Notes under the pieces: generated by a model | Database searches by the model: none | Told to the model about the DNA's origin: nothing | Seen by the model: only the letters and a program-made list of their open reading frames with translations | Translations under genes and position numbers: made by a program | Source: a virus | Lineage: Duplodnaviria; Caudoviricetes | Virus record (IMG/VR): IMGVR_UViG_3300027749_000146 | Location: 1 to 52,433 of that record | Strand: one strand, 5' to 3' | Length of the DNA: 52,433 nucleotides | In this document: positions 20,737 through 29,873 of the stretch, one piece after another | How positions within the stretch are numbered: the first letter of the stretch is position 1 | Layout of the letters: the number at the start of each line of letters is the position of its first letter

Positions 20737-22599
20737 CTACACTGTTGTAACTTCACAAGCTCCTCCGCTACAAGCAATTTCACCACTCAAATCAGTTTCA
20801 TCACTTAGTTCAACAATTCTAGATAAATCAACATCTTTTAAAGTTTCCATAAGTTTTTCATAATCCTCTTTGGTGCAATCCTCAAAAGGTGCCTGTTTAT
20901 AACTGTGACTAGAATAAGGTAAAACTGAAAGACCGTTGTAATATTCACGATTATTCCACATCCACTCACCAACCGCAGGCCATTCATGATCTCTAACTGA
21001 AATAGTTGCCGAGACATTGTGAGCATTATTACCATTTCTATGTCCTGGTTTAATCCATTCCATTTGAACTTTTTTTACTCTCTCCAAAAGTTGGATAGGT
21101 GATTCATTTCTTAGAATAGACCCTTCAGGTGCTTTTTGTGGAATACTAATTACCGCAGTATCATGTGGTCTGAAATATTCATCCTCAATTAATTCGGGAT
21201 GATAAATGCTAAGATAGGAATAGATTGCTTCATTTTTTCCAACTCGTACTCGTCTGATGTAATAGTCATTGTGCCAAGCATGAATCCCACTTGAAGTACC
21301 CAACGCCAACGAAGTTGTACCTGCAGGTTTAACAGTTGTTGTTCTTGCAGCTGGGTTAATACCTAAAATTTCCGCAACTCGTTTATTCTCATCTTTAACC
21401 ACTTTAGATGCTGATTTCATATCTAAACCAAGAACCGCTCCTGATCCAATACCTGTCATTGAAATTCCAATCAACGCATCTTTCTCAGTTGTTCTCTGCC
21501 AAATAGGTCTTAAGTAATGGAAGTTAGTATAACCCGCCTGTAATGTTCCTAAGAAACTAGCCGCTCTAACTCTATCTTCATAATCCTCTTGAGATACAAC
21601 ATTTGACACATTTACCTCAGTTAAATTACAGAATTGGAATGGACGAAGGGCAATCTCGCAACAAGGGTTAGTACCCCAATCTTTATCATTAGATAGATAA
21701 ATTCCAGGTTCACCTGAACCACTCGCTTCAATTCTTTTCCACACATCCATAAAATAATCTTTAGTAATCTTATGTCTCATAAGAACTGCAGAGTTATTTG
21801 ATCTTCCTCTTTGTGGATTTGTTTCCCACCAAGATCCACTTTTACAACCAATCATTTCATCGTCAGTTGCTGAGAATAGGGAGATAAGTGCTGCTCTACG
21901 AATTCCTCCAGCAAGGACTGCGTCAGCAATATGGCAAACCATATCATGAACTTCAATTGGTCTTAGTTTTTCTCCATCATTCTTTGAATCTAAAATCCCC
22001 TCCAATTTAATAAGACATTCTTTTAGTGGTTGAGGACCCGGAGCTTTTCCACCTGATGTTACAAGTCTGGCACCCTTTGGTCTAATATCACTAAAGTCAA
22101 ATTGGACATTAGATCCTGCGAAGAAATATGATTTAACCAACGCTTTAACCGCATCAGCCCATCCTTCTATTGAATCAGCAACGAGCCATCTTCTTCCTCT
22201 ACCTTTGTTTGGTTTTCTGATTTCTGGTAATGAATCAACATGATGATTTTGAACCGAATAACCAACACCAGTTCCGCCTAAAAGTAAGAACATGATTTCA
22301 GAAAATACTCTCCAATCATCGATTGGTGCGAATGCGCAATTGTAAATTCTGTTCGGAGAAATTTCAATTGGTTTTCCGGCAAACTGCATTGACCTCATCG
22401 AAGGTAATACTTGTTTCTTGAAAACATACATGTAATTTTCTCTGATTTCTTTTTCTAATTGTGGGAAATGCTTAATATGCATTTCCATGTTTCTTGTGAC
22501 AAGTTCTTGCCAACTCTCTCTTCTGTTTAATTCGGGAATATACTTAGCATACTTCATATGCACCGTAATCTCCGAAAGAATTCTGTTTGAAATGTCCAT
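20737..22599 (-). CDS. nrdJ: Class II (adenosylcobalamin-dependent) ribonucleotide reductase
   Basis: TNPCCEI active-site loop, GGIRRAALI, TTVKPAGT and C-terminal CSGGAC pair. No tyrosine dyad and no beta-subunit gene nearby. Confidence 0.88.
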   Translation of the reverse strand: MDISNRILSEITVHMKYAKYIPELNRRESWQELVTRNMEMHIKHFPQLEKEIRENYMYVFKKQVLPSMRSMQFAGKPIEISPNRIYNCAFAPIDDWRVFSEIMFLLLGGTGVGYSVQNHHVDSLPEIRKPNKGRGRRWLVADSIEGWADAVKALVKSYFFAGSNVQFDFSDIRPKGARLVTSGGKAPGPQPLKECLIKLEGILDSKNDGEKLRPIEVHDMVCHIADAVLAGGIRRAALISLFSATDDEMIGCKSGSWWETNPQRGRSNNSAVLMRHKITKDYFMDVWKRIEASGSGEPGIYLSNDKDWGTNPCCEIALRPFQFCNLTEVNVSNVVSQEDYEDRVRAASFLGTLQAGYTNFHYLRPIWQRTTEKDALIGISMTGIGSGAVLGLDMKSASKVVKDENKRVAEILGINPAARTTTVKPAGTTSLALGTSSGIHAWHNDYYIRRVRVGKNEAIYSYLSIYHPELIEDEYFRPHDTAVISIPQKAPEGSILRNESPIQLLERVKKVQMEWIKPGHRNGNNAHNVSATISVRDHEWPAVGEWMWNNREYYNGLSVLPYSSHSYKQAPFEDCTKEDYEKLMETLKDVDLSRIVELSDETDLSGEIACSGGACEVTTV

Positions 22600-22732
22600 T
22601 TTTTTTAAAATTGTGTAAAAGATTTTTTATCAAAAATCGTCGATTTTCTTGATAAATATGTAACCGAATGATAATCGGCCTATAAATTATAATAAAAATA
22701 TTAAGTTTTTTTTGAAAAAAGTAGATATTTAG

Positions 22733-25183
22733 TTATCCGTTATTTTGTTGTTCTCTTTGTTTTCTTTTCTCCAACAACTCCTTAACTCGATCTCTCTTTC
22801 TTTCTTCCTGTTGTTCTTCAAACCCTAAGAATGTTACCGAACTATCAGTATCGATCTCCAATAATTCATTATTAAATTTGCAGTTTTCAAAGACAACTCC
22901 GTCTTTTCCAAGACGGGATTTTGTGATGGCGATTGTCGCCAAATTCATTTCTTTTTGTTGAAGTGTCTTGGCAACCGTAATAATTACGTGACCAACTTGT
23001 GCCTTCTTAATTGATCCTCCCATTTGATCTGTTGTCACAACTTCCGAAGAAATTGATGATCTGTTACCTTGTGTTGCCGTCCAACCCGCAAGATTGAGTT
23101 CATGACACATTGATTCAAACCCTCTCATCGTTGACCCCTCAGCTTTCCACTCATCTTTACTCGTAGATTCAGGTAGAACACAATCAATATAATCCATTGT
23201 AATCATATCAATTTTATTCCCGTCCGCAATCATCTTTCTAACCTGAGCTTTAATCTGATTCATTGTCATTGTATCAGATGCCAATTTTTTCAAAACCAAC
23301 TTATTCTTCATGGTTTCTCTAATTTCAGTAATCTTCTCAATAACATCTTCCTTGTGTAAAGTCAGATTATCTGGTTCAATTCCTGTCCATATCGTAAAGT
23401 GTTTTCTCTGAATAATTTTTGGATTATCCTCAAAAAATACTTGAAGAACATTATAACCAAGATTAAATGCTGTATTGGCAATCTTTGTTAGAACTGTCGT
23501 ATTATGAGTTAACACATAATCCCTAGTTACATATAGTTCATCCGGGTTTGACACTTTAATACAAACTGCTTCCTCATCGTGAGAGTATAATATTGATTTT
23601 ACATATTTTTGTTCAACATATTTAGTTCTTCTGTAATACCTCCCAACTTTTCTCAGCAACTTAAATGGTACAATACCATTAGCGAATGACATAGTCACAG
23701 TATAAGCTAGTTGCCCATCTTTTTTTTCTCCGTTATAAGTATATTCCGGTATTTTCGTATTAATTCTAACTGTCCCCCCTAAAGATAAGACTAATTCACG
23801 AATATCTTTTGACAATTGTTCTGAAACTGTTGTAAATTGAACTCTACCTGTTTTACTAACATATCCGTCAGTATCCATCAACCCTTGTAATAAAGAGACT
23901 CTAACACCTAACGAATTATAAAGATAATCACTTGGAATAAATTTATTATTGGATTTTTTATTCAATAAAGTATAACCATCCAATCTTTGTTTAATTCCTG
24001 TTTTTAAATTAATTACTTTGATGGTTTTAACATCATCCCTAAAATATTCATTATAAGATGAATGTTCATTGAGATTTTTAATATTTTCAAACATCTCATC
24101 ATCTTTTGTAGATATTCTTATCCCACTATCACAAACACTTCCATCCCCTAACAATAACCCTAAAAGATATGGGTCAATTGAAACTTCTTTTTCTTCAAAT
24201 TCAACTGGCGCAACCACCGGTAATCTGTAATTGTATCGTCCTCTTTTTTTGATGTCATTCACCATATCTATGGTTTTAACTACTTTATATCCAAAATTTG
24301 GACGATAAATAGATTTTCCATTTTTATCTCTTGTTTTAGCGGTCCTCATATTAAGAGTATTTACACTCCAAAGATGTTCCTCATCACAATTAACATAAGT
24401 TTCATCAGTAAATTCTATTTTATGGATTGGCCTAATTCCTTGGGGATAAACCCCAAGAACATATTGTTCTTTACCGTCAGACCCAATTACTTTATCCCCA
24501 ACTTTTAAATTACCCATAATATCCCATCCTTTGGGTGTCAATACCGGTTCTGAAATAGATAAGGACTTTCCAACTCCTGTCGGAGCTAAGATTACACCTA
24601 TCTCTCCCTTCGCCAGACCACCTTTCAGTAGTCGATCAAGCCCTGTGATCCCCATTGGAATTGGGTGTCTAAAATCGTCATCTAACACCGAATCTAAATC
24701 ATTGAAAACATCCGACTGTCCTTTGTCGGTTTCACCAACCTGAAGAGCATCTCTCACAAGACCTTCCACCTTATCGTAAGATTCAAAATCTCCTTCGGTG
24801 ATAATCTTTTGTGCCTTGTCCATAGCCTTTTGAAGCTCTTGTTGTTTACAGAACTTCAAAGCCTTTTCCTGAACAAAGGTTACCCCTTCAAATGGCGCCT
24901 CTTTAATTTGTTTTAATGTGTCTAAGACAATCTTGACAACCAATTCTTGAGTGAGTTCAGACTTAACAATCTGTTCTAGTGTTTCAAAATTAGGGGTGGA
25001 CTCATACTTGATGTAGTACTCCTTTATCATTTGTAAAATGATCTTAAAGTATTTGTTATCAAAGTATAAAGATTCTATAACATCCATAATAGATGACGAA
25101 AAATCTTTGTCTACTATAATCTGATTGAGTAGTTGTAACTGGAAAGTGTTTCCCAGGTAATCAAAATTCTTGTTCTTGCTCAT
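22733..25183 (-). CDS. dnaB: Replicative DnaB/gp41-like helicase containing an intein
   Basis: GITGLDRLLKGGL...APTGVGK/TT Walker A split by the intein; MDYID Walker B; WTATQGNR; KSR. Confidence 0.92.
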   Translation of the reverse strand: MSKNKNFDYLGNTFQLQLLNQIIVDKDFSSSIMDVIESLYFDNKYFKIILQMIKEYYIKYESTPNFETLEQIVKSELTQELVVKIVLDTLKQIKEAPFEGVTFVQEKALKFCKQQELQKAMDKAQKIITEGDFESYDKVEGLVRDALQVGETDKGQSDVFNDLDSVLDDDFRHPIPMGITGLDRLLKGGLAKGEIGVILAPTGVGKSLSISEPVLTPKGWDIMGNLKVGDKVIGSDGKEQYVLGVYPQGIRPIHKIEFTDETYVNCDEEHLWSVNTLNMRTAKTRDKNGKSIYRPNFGYKVVKTIDMVNDIKKRGRYNYRLPVVAPVEFEEKEVSIDPYLLGLLLGDGSVCDSGIRISTKDDEMFENIKNLNEHSSYNEYFRDDVKTIKVINLKTGIKQRLDGYTLLNKKSNNKFIPSDYLYNSLGVRVSLLQGLMDTDGYVSKTGRVQFTTVSEQLSKDIRELVLSLGGTVRINTKIPEYTYNGEKKDGQLAYTVTMSFANGIVPFKLLRKVGRYYRRTKYVEQKYVKSILYSHDEEAVCIKVSNPDELYVTRDYVLTHNTTVLTKIANTAFNLGYNVLQVFFEDNPKIIQRKHFTIWTGIEPDNLTLHKEDVIEKITEIRETMKNKLVLKKLASDTMTMNQIKAQVRKMIADGNKIDMITMDYIDCVLPESTSKDEWKAEGSTMRGFESMCHELNLAGWTATQGNRSSISSEVVTTDQMGGSIKKAQVGHVIITVAKTLQQKEMNLATIAITKSRLGKDGVVFENCKFNNELLEIDTDSSVTFLGFEEQQEERKRDRVKELLEKRKQREQQNNG
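23501..24565 (-). mobile_element. Intein (355 aa) with LAGLIDADG homing endonuclease and class 3 WCT signature
   Basis: GK|SLSISEPVLTPKGW...CDEEHLW...LLGLLLGDG...LLQGLMDTDG...VCIKV...YVLTHN|T. Removing it restores GVGKTT. Confidence 0.92.
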
Positions 25184-25213
25184 ATTAATTTTCCCCTATA
25201 TAATATTAAATAC

Positions 25214-25666
25214 TTACTTACTTAGATCAAACTCCAAGTATTTGTATGTTAAATTTTTTTCGGAAAAAATTTCAATTAATTCTTTGAGTACATCTTTAAT
25301 AAATGGTCTTACATCCACCGTATAACGAACTTTCGGAGGAAAAACTTTTCCATCAAAAATTCTATGGGTTATCACTTGGTCACCAACCTTAACATAAATG
25401 TTGAATACTTCTGGTCCATCTGTAAAGGATGTGTCCATAACCAAAGGATCATGTATAATCGCGTCTTTGTTTTCCATCATATAAACAACAGTCTTCATCT
25501 TTAGATAATACTGAAGTTTGTTTCTGAGTCTGGAAATAAAGTCATATAACTCTACAGAATCTTTTACGTTAGGGTTAAATCCCTTAACATTAAAAAACCT
25601 TTGTACAACGATATTCTCATTTAAGGTTAATAAGAATTCCATCTTCGTGCTGTCTTGCTCTTTCAT
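25214..25666 (-). CDS. Hypothetical protein (150 aa)
   Basis: Clean ORF filling the space between the exonuclease and helicase genes. Confidence 0.7.
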   Translation of the reverse strand: MKEQDSTKMEFLLTLNENIVVQRFFNVKGFNPNVKDSVELYDFISRLRNKLQYYLKMKTVVYMMENKDAIIHDPLVMDTSFTDGPEVFNIYVKVGDQVITHRIFDGKVFPPKVRYTVDVRPFIKDVLKELIEIFSEKNLTYKYLEFDLSK

Positions 25667-25673
25667 TATTTTT

Positions 25674-26675
25674 TTAAATTTTGTTTGTGTTTCTTTTTTC
25701 TTTTCTTGTTAACTTTAAAAACGGTCGGAGAAAATTAACCCAAGCATCGTCATCCTTAGGCAAATACTTGAAAAGACCATCCTCCATCATCATTCTCATC
25801 AAGTTTTTGTGACCCCTATCCATTGGGTCAATTGTGTCATTCATAATTTGTTCTACCATAACCTTTCCTTCATCCGTGATCAGTGGTTCCGAAAGGTCTA
25901 CTATCTTTTTATTTAGTTGATAGAACTCCTCCCCAAATATACCGCTTTTTGTCTTACCAGTCAAAATATTCTCCAATGCTTTTGATTTTTTCTTTTGCCC
26001 ATTATTTCGTGCAATAACCAATAATTCGTCAATAGTGCATGGTTTCTGTTGCAGATCAGGAAATAACTTAATTAAAGTCTTTTCTCCCAATCCTTCAATA
26101 CCATCGATATTGTCAGATTTATCACCTGTAAAAACTTTTGTTAATAAAACATTGTAGTGGGGAATATCAATCTTGTTAATGGTAATCATATCCCCATTCT
26201 TAAAATATTGTTTAACAATTGGAGAATAGATTGTAACTTTTTCTGATATTAATTGTGTGAGGTCTTTATCCGCAGAAAAAACCATAACTTGTTCATCTTT
26301 TGAGATTTTACAATAATACGCAATGAGATCATCACCCTCATTGTTTGTTACTTCAACTTGTCTTACAAAGATTTCTTCAAGGTATTGTTTAACTCGGGAT
26401 TTTTGTTGAAGATATGATTCATACTTATACTCATTCATATCTTGTCTACGATTTGCCTTATACTGCGGATATAGAGATTTTCTGACGGATGAGTTGGAAT
26501 CCCCATCCCATACGACAACCACTTTATCGTGATTGTGCTCGTCAAGAAATCGTCTAATAGTATTAATGAAATGGTATATACCCCCAATGTGTTCACCATC
26601 ATTGTATAGGTCTTTTACACCATGAAAGGCAATCTTAAATAAATTATCGCCGTCAACCAAAAGTGTTTTTGTCAC
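25674..26675 (-). CDS. 5'-3' exonuclease / flap endonuclease (T4 RNase H, PolI N-terminal-like)
   Basis: LLVDGDN, YKANR, EGDDLIA, SADKDLTQL, GDKSDNIDGIEGLGEKT. GTG start overlaps the HNH stop (GTGA). Confidence 0.9.
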   Translation of the reverse strand: MTKTLLVDGDNLFKIAFHGVKDLYNDGEHIGGIYHFINTIRRFLDEHNHDKVVVVWDGDSNSSVRKSLYPQYKANRRQDMNEYKYESYLQQKSRVKQYLEEIFVRQVEVTNNEGDDLIAYYCKISKDEQVMVFSADKDLTQLISEKVTIYSPIVKQYFKNGDMITINKIDIPHYNVLLTKVFTGDKSDNIDGIEGLGEKTLIKLFPDLQQKPCTIDELLVIARNNGQKKKSKALENILTGKTKSGIFGEEFYQLNKKIVDLSEPLITDEGKVMVEQIMNDTIDPMDRGHKNLMRMMMEDGLFKYLPKDDDAWVNFLRPFLKLTRKEKRNTNKI

Positions 26676-27388
26676 TTTATTAAATTAAATTGTTCAACAA
26701 TTTTGTTACTTTTTTTCAAATTATCTTCCGCCCATAATGGTTGAAGATTTGTATAATGACATAATTTGTAAAGTTCTTCTTCATTTTTTGCAGATGATAG
26801 TGGAACTATATGGTCAATATGCCACTTGCTTCTATTACCCCAACTCATACCATCAGTAAATTTGTTTTCTAAATGTTCTTTTAAAAATTCAGGTGAACAT
26901 CCAACAATATCAAAAGTTTTGTTTTTTTTAGTAATATTAAGTAAAGTTGTATATTTCCAAATTCTTGACCTCATTCCAACAATTAACGAATAAATAGGCG
27001 AATTTTCTTTTTTATTTTTTTCATAAAGATTTCTTTTATTTTTATTATTATTTCTATATATTCTACATTTCCCTAATAATTCTTCTTTATTTTCATAATA
27101 ATATTTTTTTTTACGGTCTAAAATCTTGCTTCTATATTCTTCCCTATATTTTTTTTGATAATCTAAAATTTTTGATTTAACATCTTCATAGTGTTTTTTT
27201 ATCTTATCTTTATTGTTATCTCTCCACTTTTTCTTCCTTGACTTAACATTTTCTCCTTTATAACTTTTTTCAATATTTTTTCTACATTCTTTACAAGAAT
27301 ATCTATATCCATCTTTAGATGATTTTAACACACCAAAATGACAAATTTTTTTCTCTTCTTTGCATTTAGAACAAATTTTAGTTTCCAT
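26672..27388 (-). CDS. Free-standing HNH endonuclease with an N-terminal zinc ribbon
   Basis: CSKC...CKEC, a Lys-rich helical linker, then WHIDHIVP...LCHYTNLQPLWAEDNLKKSNK. More AT-rich than flanking genes. Start taken at METKIC. Confidence 0.85.
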   Translation of the reverse strand: METKICSKCKEEKKICHFGVLKSSKDGYRYSCKECRKNIEKSYKGENVKSRKKKWRDNNKDKIKKHYEDVKSKILDYQKKYREEYRSKILDRKKKYYYENKEELLGKCRIYRNNNKNKRNLYEKNKKENSPIYSLIVGMRSRIWKYTTLLNITKKNKTFDIVGCSPEFLKEHLENKFTDGMSWGNRSKWHIDHIVPLSSAKNEEELYKLCHYTNLQPLWAEDNLKKSNKIVEQFNLIK

Positions 27389-27530
27389 TTTTAACATACT
27401 CTTTTAATAATTTATTAACAAGGGAAGACAAATTTATTGATTTGTCTTTAAAGTATTGTGGTAGTTCGGGATCAAGAGATACCGCCAGTTTTACTTTCTT
27501 TTTTTCATCATCAATTTTTTTTCTTCCCAT
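27378..27530 (-). CDS. 50-aa ribbon-helix-helix (CcdA/CopG-like) DNA-binding protein, below the ORF-track cutoff
   Basis: Manual translation MGRKKIDDEKKKVKLAVSLDPELPQYFKDKSINLSSLVNKLLKEYVKNGN*. Its stop overlaps the HNH start (ATGGAAACTAA). Confidence 0.75.
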   Translation of the reverse strand: MGRKKIDDEKKKVKLAVSLDPELPQYFKDKSINLSSLVNKLLKEYVKNGN

Positions 27531-27575
27531 ATTAATAAATATCCACGAATATAGTAAAAGTATAATTATTTATAT

Positions 27576-28586
27576 TTAATTATCTTCTTTTTCTTCTTCC
27601 TCTATCAAATCAAAATCGCCATCAGTACCAATAATATCTTTCCAATAATCAGAATACTCTTTTTTATATTTCTCTATATTAATTTTCTCCTCTGTACTGT
27701 CTTTTCCGGCAATGAATCCATGTGGTGTAACAATAATTTTTCCGTCATCATAACCTAATCCTGAGATATGATTTTTCATTACAGATATTTTAGTTCTCAT
27801 CGCAAACTTAATACTTCGTTTGTCTTTTGTTGCAGTAATTTTAGTAGTACCGGAGTCTTTTTGATTTCCGAATAAAAATACTAATGACGAATTTAACCAA
27901 ATAGACTCGCCACCTTTAGCCTTAATTTTAGGTTGCCCAAATGGATTATCAGGAAGTTGTACCCAAGGTTGCGCGACAATAACTAATGTATTTTCATATT
28001 TAGATTCTGATTTACGAGAGCCCGAAATTCTTTGGTTAATTCCCATACCGATTTTGTCAGAAAGAACTCCTGCGTTATGTTGCTTCCCACCTTTACCATC
28101 ATAAGTCATCTTACAAGGTACACTGCCCACAGAATCCCACATTATACATAAACTATAATCTAAATCACCTTTTGCCTGAGCGTCCAATAACTCATTAATG
28201 TAATCTGTAATTTGTTCAATGTAATCAAAGTTATTTTTAAAAAGGAAAAATCCGTCCCAATCTAATTCACCAGTCTTTTCGTCAACAACTTCTTCACATT
28301 CAAATCCCATAAGTTTCACATGTTCAAATGACCACTTTTGTTCTGTAATAATGAATACTGGTAAAATACCTTTTTTTTGAGCATCAACGGCAGTCTTAAC
28401 CAATGCCGTTGTTTTTCCAGTATCTGAATGACCCAAAAGCATATTCAAATGACCAATTGCTGGTCCTGGTATCCCAACCGCATCCAAAAAATCAGGACCT
28501 AAGTCAAAAAACCTTTGTGGTTTATATTTTGCAGATGTCGAGAATTTGTCTTTGATAGACTTAAAATCATTTTTCTTAATTGCCAT
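27576..28586 (-). CDS. recA: RecA/UvsX-like recombinase
   Basis: GHSDTGKTT P-loop, IMWDSVG Walker B, KAKGG, MKN; next to the SSB gene. Confidence 0.85.
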   Translation of the reverse strand: MAIKKNDFKSIKDKFSTSAKYKPQRFFDLGPDFLDAVGIPGPAIGHLNMLLGHSDTGKTTALVKTAVDAQKKGILPVFIITEQKWSFEHVKLMGFECEEVVDEKTGELDWDGFFLFKNNFDYIEQITDYINELLDAQAKGDLDYSLCIMWDSVGSVPCKMTYDGKGGKQHNAGVLSDKIGMGINQRISGSRKSESKYENTLVIVAQPWVQLPDNPFGQPKIKAKGGESIWLNSSLVFLFGNQKDSGTTKITATKDKRSIKFAMRTKISVMKNHISGLGYDDGKIIVTPHGFIAGKDSTEEKINIEKYKKEYSDYWKDIIGTDGDFDLIEEEEKEDN

Positions 28587-28869
28587 TTTCTATTCTTTTA
28601 ATGTTGGGTAACTTGTTTACTTTGTTTCTGTTATAAAAGGTACTGTCCTCTTCGTAAAGAGTTCCGATTTCTTCTTCATGGAAAGTTGCAATTCTAATAA
28701 CCGAAGTGCCATCCTCGTCTTCATCTTTTAACAAACCAAATAAAACAGTATCACCGATTTGCTTACTTCTCCCTGAGAAGTATCCTTTGTCTTTTAGTCG
28801 ACTCAAGATTTCATAGGACAACATTTTATTGTCTTTTAACTGTAAGTCAATTTCTTCTTTAAACGTCAT
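28576..28869 (-). CDS. Hypothetical protein (97 aa)
   Basis: ORF whose stop overlaps the recA start. Confidence 0.6.
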   Translation of the reverse strand: MTFKEEIDLQLKDNKMLSYEILSRLKDKGYFSGRSKQIGDTVLFGLLKDEDEDGTSVIRIATFHEEEIGTLYEEDSTFYNRNKVNKLPNIKRIENGN

Positions 28870-28882
28870 GTGTTAAAAATTA

Positions 28883-28918
28883 ATCATGTATGGTACCATA
28901 CATGATACCATACATGAT
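28883..28918. repeat. Perfect 24-bp palindrome with one 12-bp arm tandemly duplicated
   Basis: ATCATGTATGGT ACCATACATGAT ACCATACATGAT, immediately 3' of the SSB gene. Confidence 0.85.
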
Positions 28919-28930
28919 GTTTGTGTTTAA

Positions 28931-29776
28931 TTAGAAAGGTAATTCGGTATCTGGTTCGTCATTAACCTGAGGATCATTATATTTTGGTTTTGATCCACCA
29001 ATGGTTTCTTCAGACTCAGTGGTACTTGCGTAGGTGTACCCGCCCTTTTCGTTGTCCCAACGAGGTGTTTCTCCACGAGCAATAGCTTCAAGATAATCCA
29101 CAGGTTTCTTAGAATAAACATCAGTCCAAGATAACTCATCGTTAATCCACGCTTTTGCTTGTTGTTCGTCAACATGAACAGGAGCTGGATCATCATACAT
29201 AATAGTCGATACTGTGGTGTACTCTTTACCCTTTGGGGTCTTTGCTTTGGTTAATTCAATAACAAGATCTCTACCCTTTTCAGAATCGGTGATATCACCT
29301 TTATTTCTCCAAATAGGAATGATTTTGTCAAGAATACCTTCGTTCTTGAAATTGTGTTTAAATCTCCAGAATTTAGGTCCGTCTTCTTCGTGATCTCTGT
29401 CAACAACCTTTACAATGTAGAATTTACGAGACTTGTATTGTTTTGCCAATTCTTTGTCTGATTCTTTGCCTGTCGACATTAATTCTTCGTAAACCTCATT
29501 TAAAGGTGAACGCTCATTGTCATTCTTTCCCGGATCGTAGAACTTATTCCATTGTCCTCCCACCTGAATTTCATGATACCAAGCCTCTTTAAACGGTGAT
29601 GAACCGTCCTGTGTAGGAAGAATTCTGATCTTCCTTTGTCCTGATTTCTCCTTATCACCTAAGATAAGAGCAAAATACTTTTTCATTCTTTCGTCTTGCG
29701 ACATTTTAGATTGGGCCCCGCCCTGTCCAAGTTTGGACTTTTCATACTGTGCCAATACGGCGTCTAATGCACTCAT
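28931..29776 (-). CDS. Single-stranded DNA-binding protein, T4 gp32-like
   Basis: IRILP...WYH...YIVKVVDRD...GPKFW...DITDSEKGRDLVI and an acidic tail ending ELPF. Confidence 0.82.
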   Translation of the reverse strand: MSALDAVLAQYEKSKLGQGGAQSKMSQDERMKKYFALILGDKEKSGQRKIRILPTQDGSSPFKEAWYHEIQVGGQWNKFYDPGKNDNERSPLNEVYEELMSTGKESDKELAKQYKSRKFYIVKVVDRDHEEDGPKFWRFKHNFKNEGILDKIIPIWRNKGDITDSEKGRDLVIELTKAKTPKGKEYTTVSTIMYDDPAPVHVDEQQAKAWINDELSWTDVYSKKPVDYLEAIARGETPRWDNEKGGYTYASTTESEETIGGSKPKYNDPQVNDEPDTELPF

Positions 29777-29805
29777 AAATTAAAATTTAAATTAAACTAA
29801 TACTG

Positions 29806-29837
29806 CAAAGATAAGTTATTCTTTTGTCTTTGTCAAA
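29806..29837 (-). promoter_or_regulatory. Bacteroidota-type housekeeping promoter upstream of the SSB/recA block
   Basis: Minus strand TTTG-N20-TATCTTTG(CA) matches the -33 TTTG / -7 TAnnTTTG consensus with typical spacing. Confidence 0.8.
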
Positions 29838-29839
29838 TA

Positions 29840-29865
29840 AAAAAGACTCCAATTGGAGTCTTTTT
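29840..29865. terminator. Bidirectional intrinsic terminator
   Basis: AAAAAGACTCC-AATT-GGAGTCTTTTT perfect inverted repeat just after the stop at 29874. Confidence 0.85.
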
Positions 29866-29873
29866 GATATTTC

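Noticed and set aside
22600-22732. Cobalamin riboswitch before nrdJ
   Set aside because: The leader is short and very AT-rich, with no recognisable B12-box or multi-stem core.
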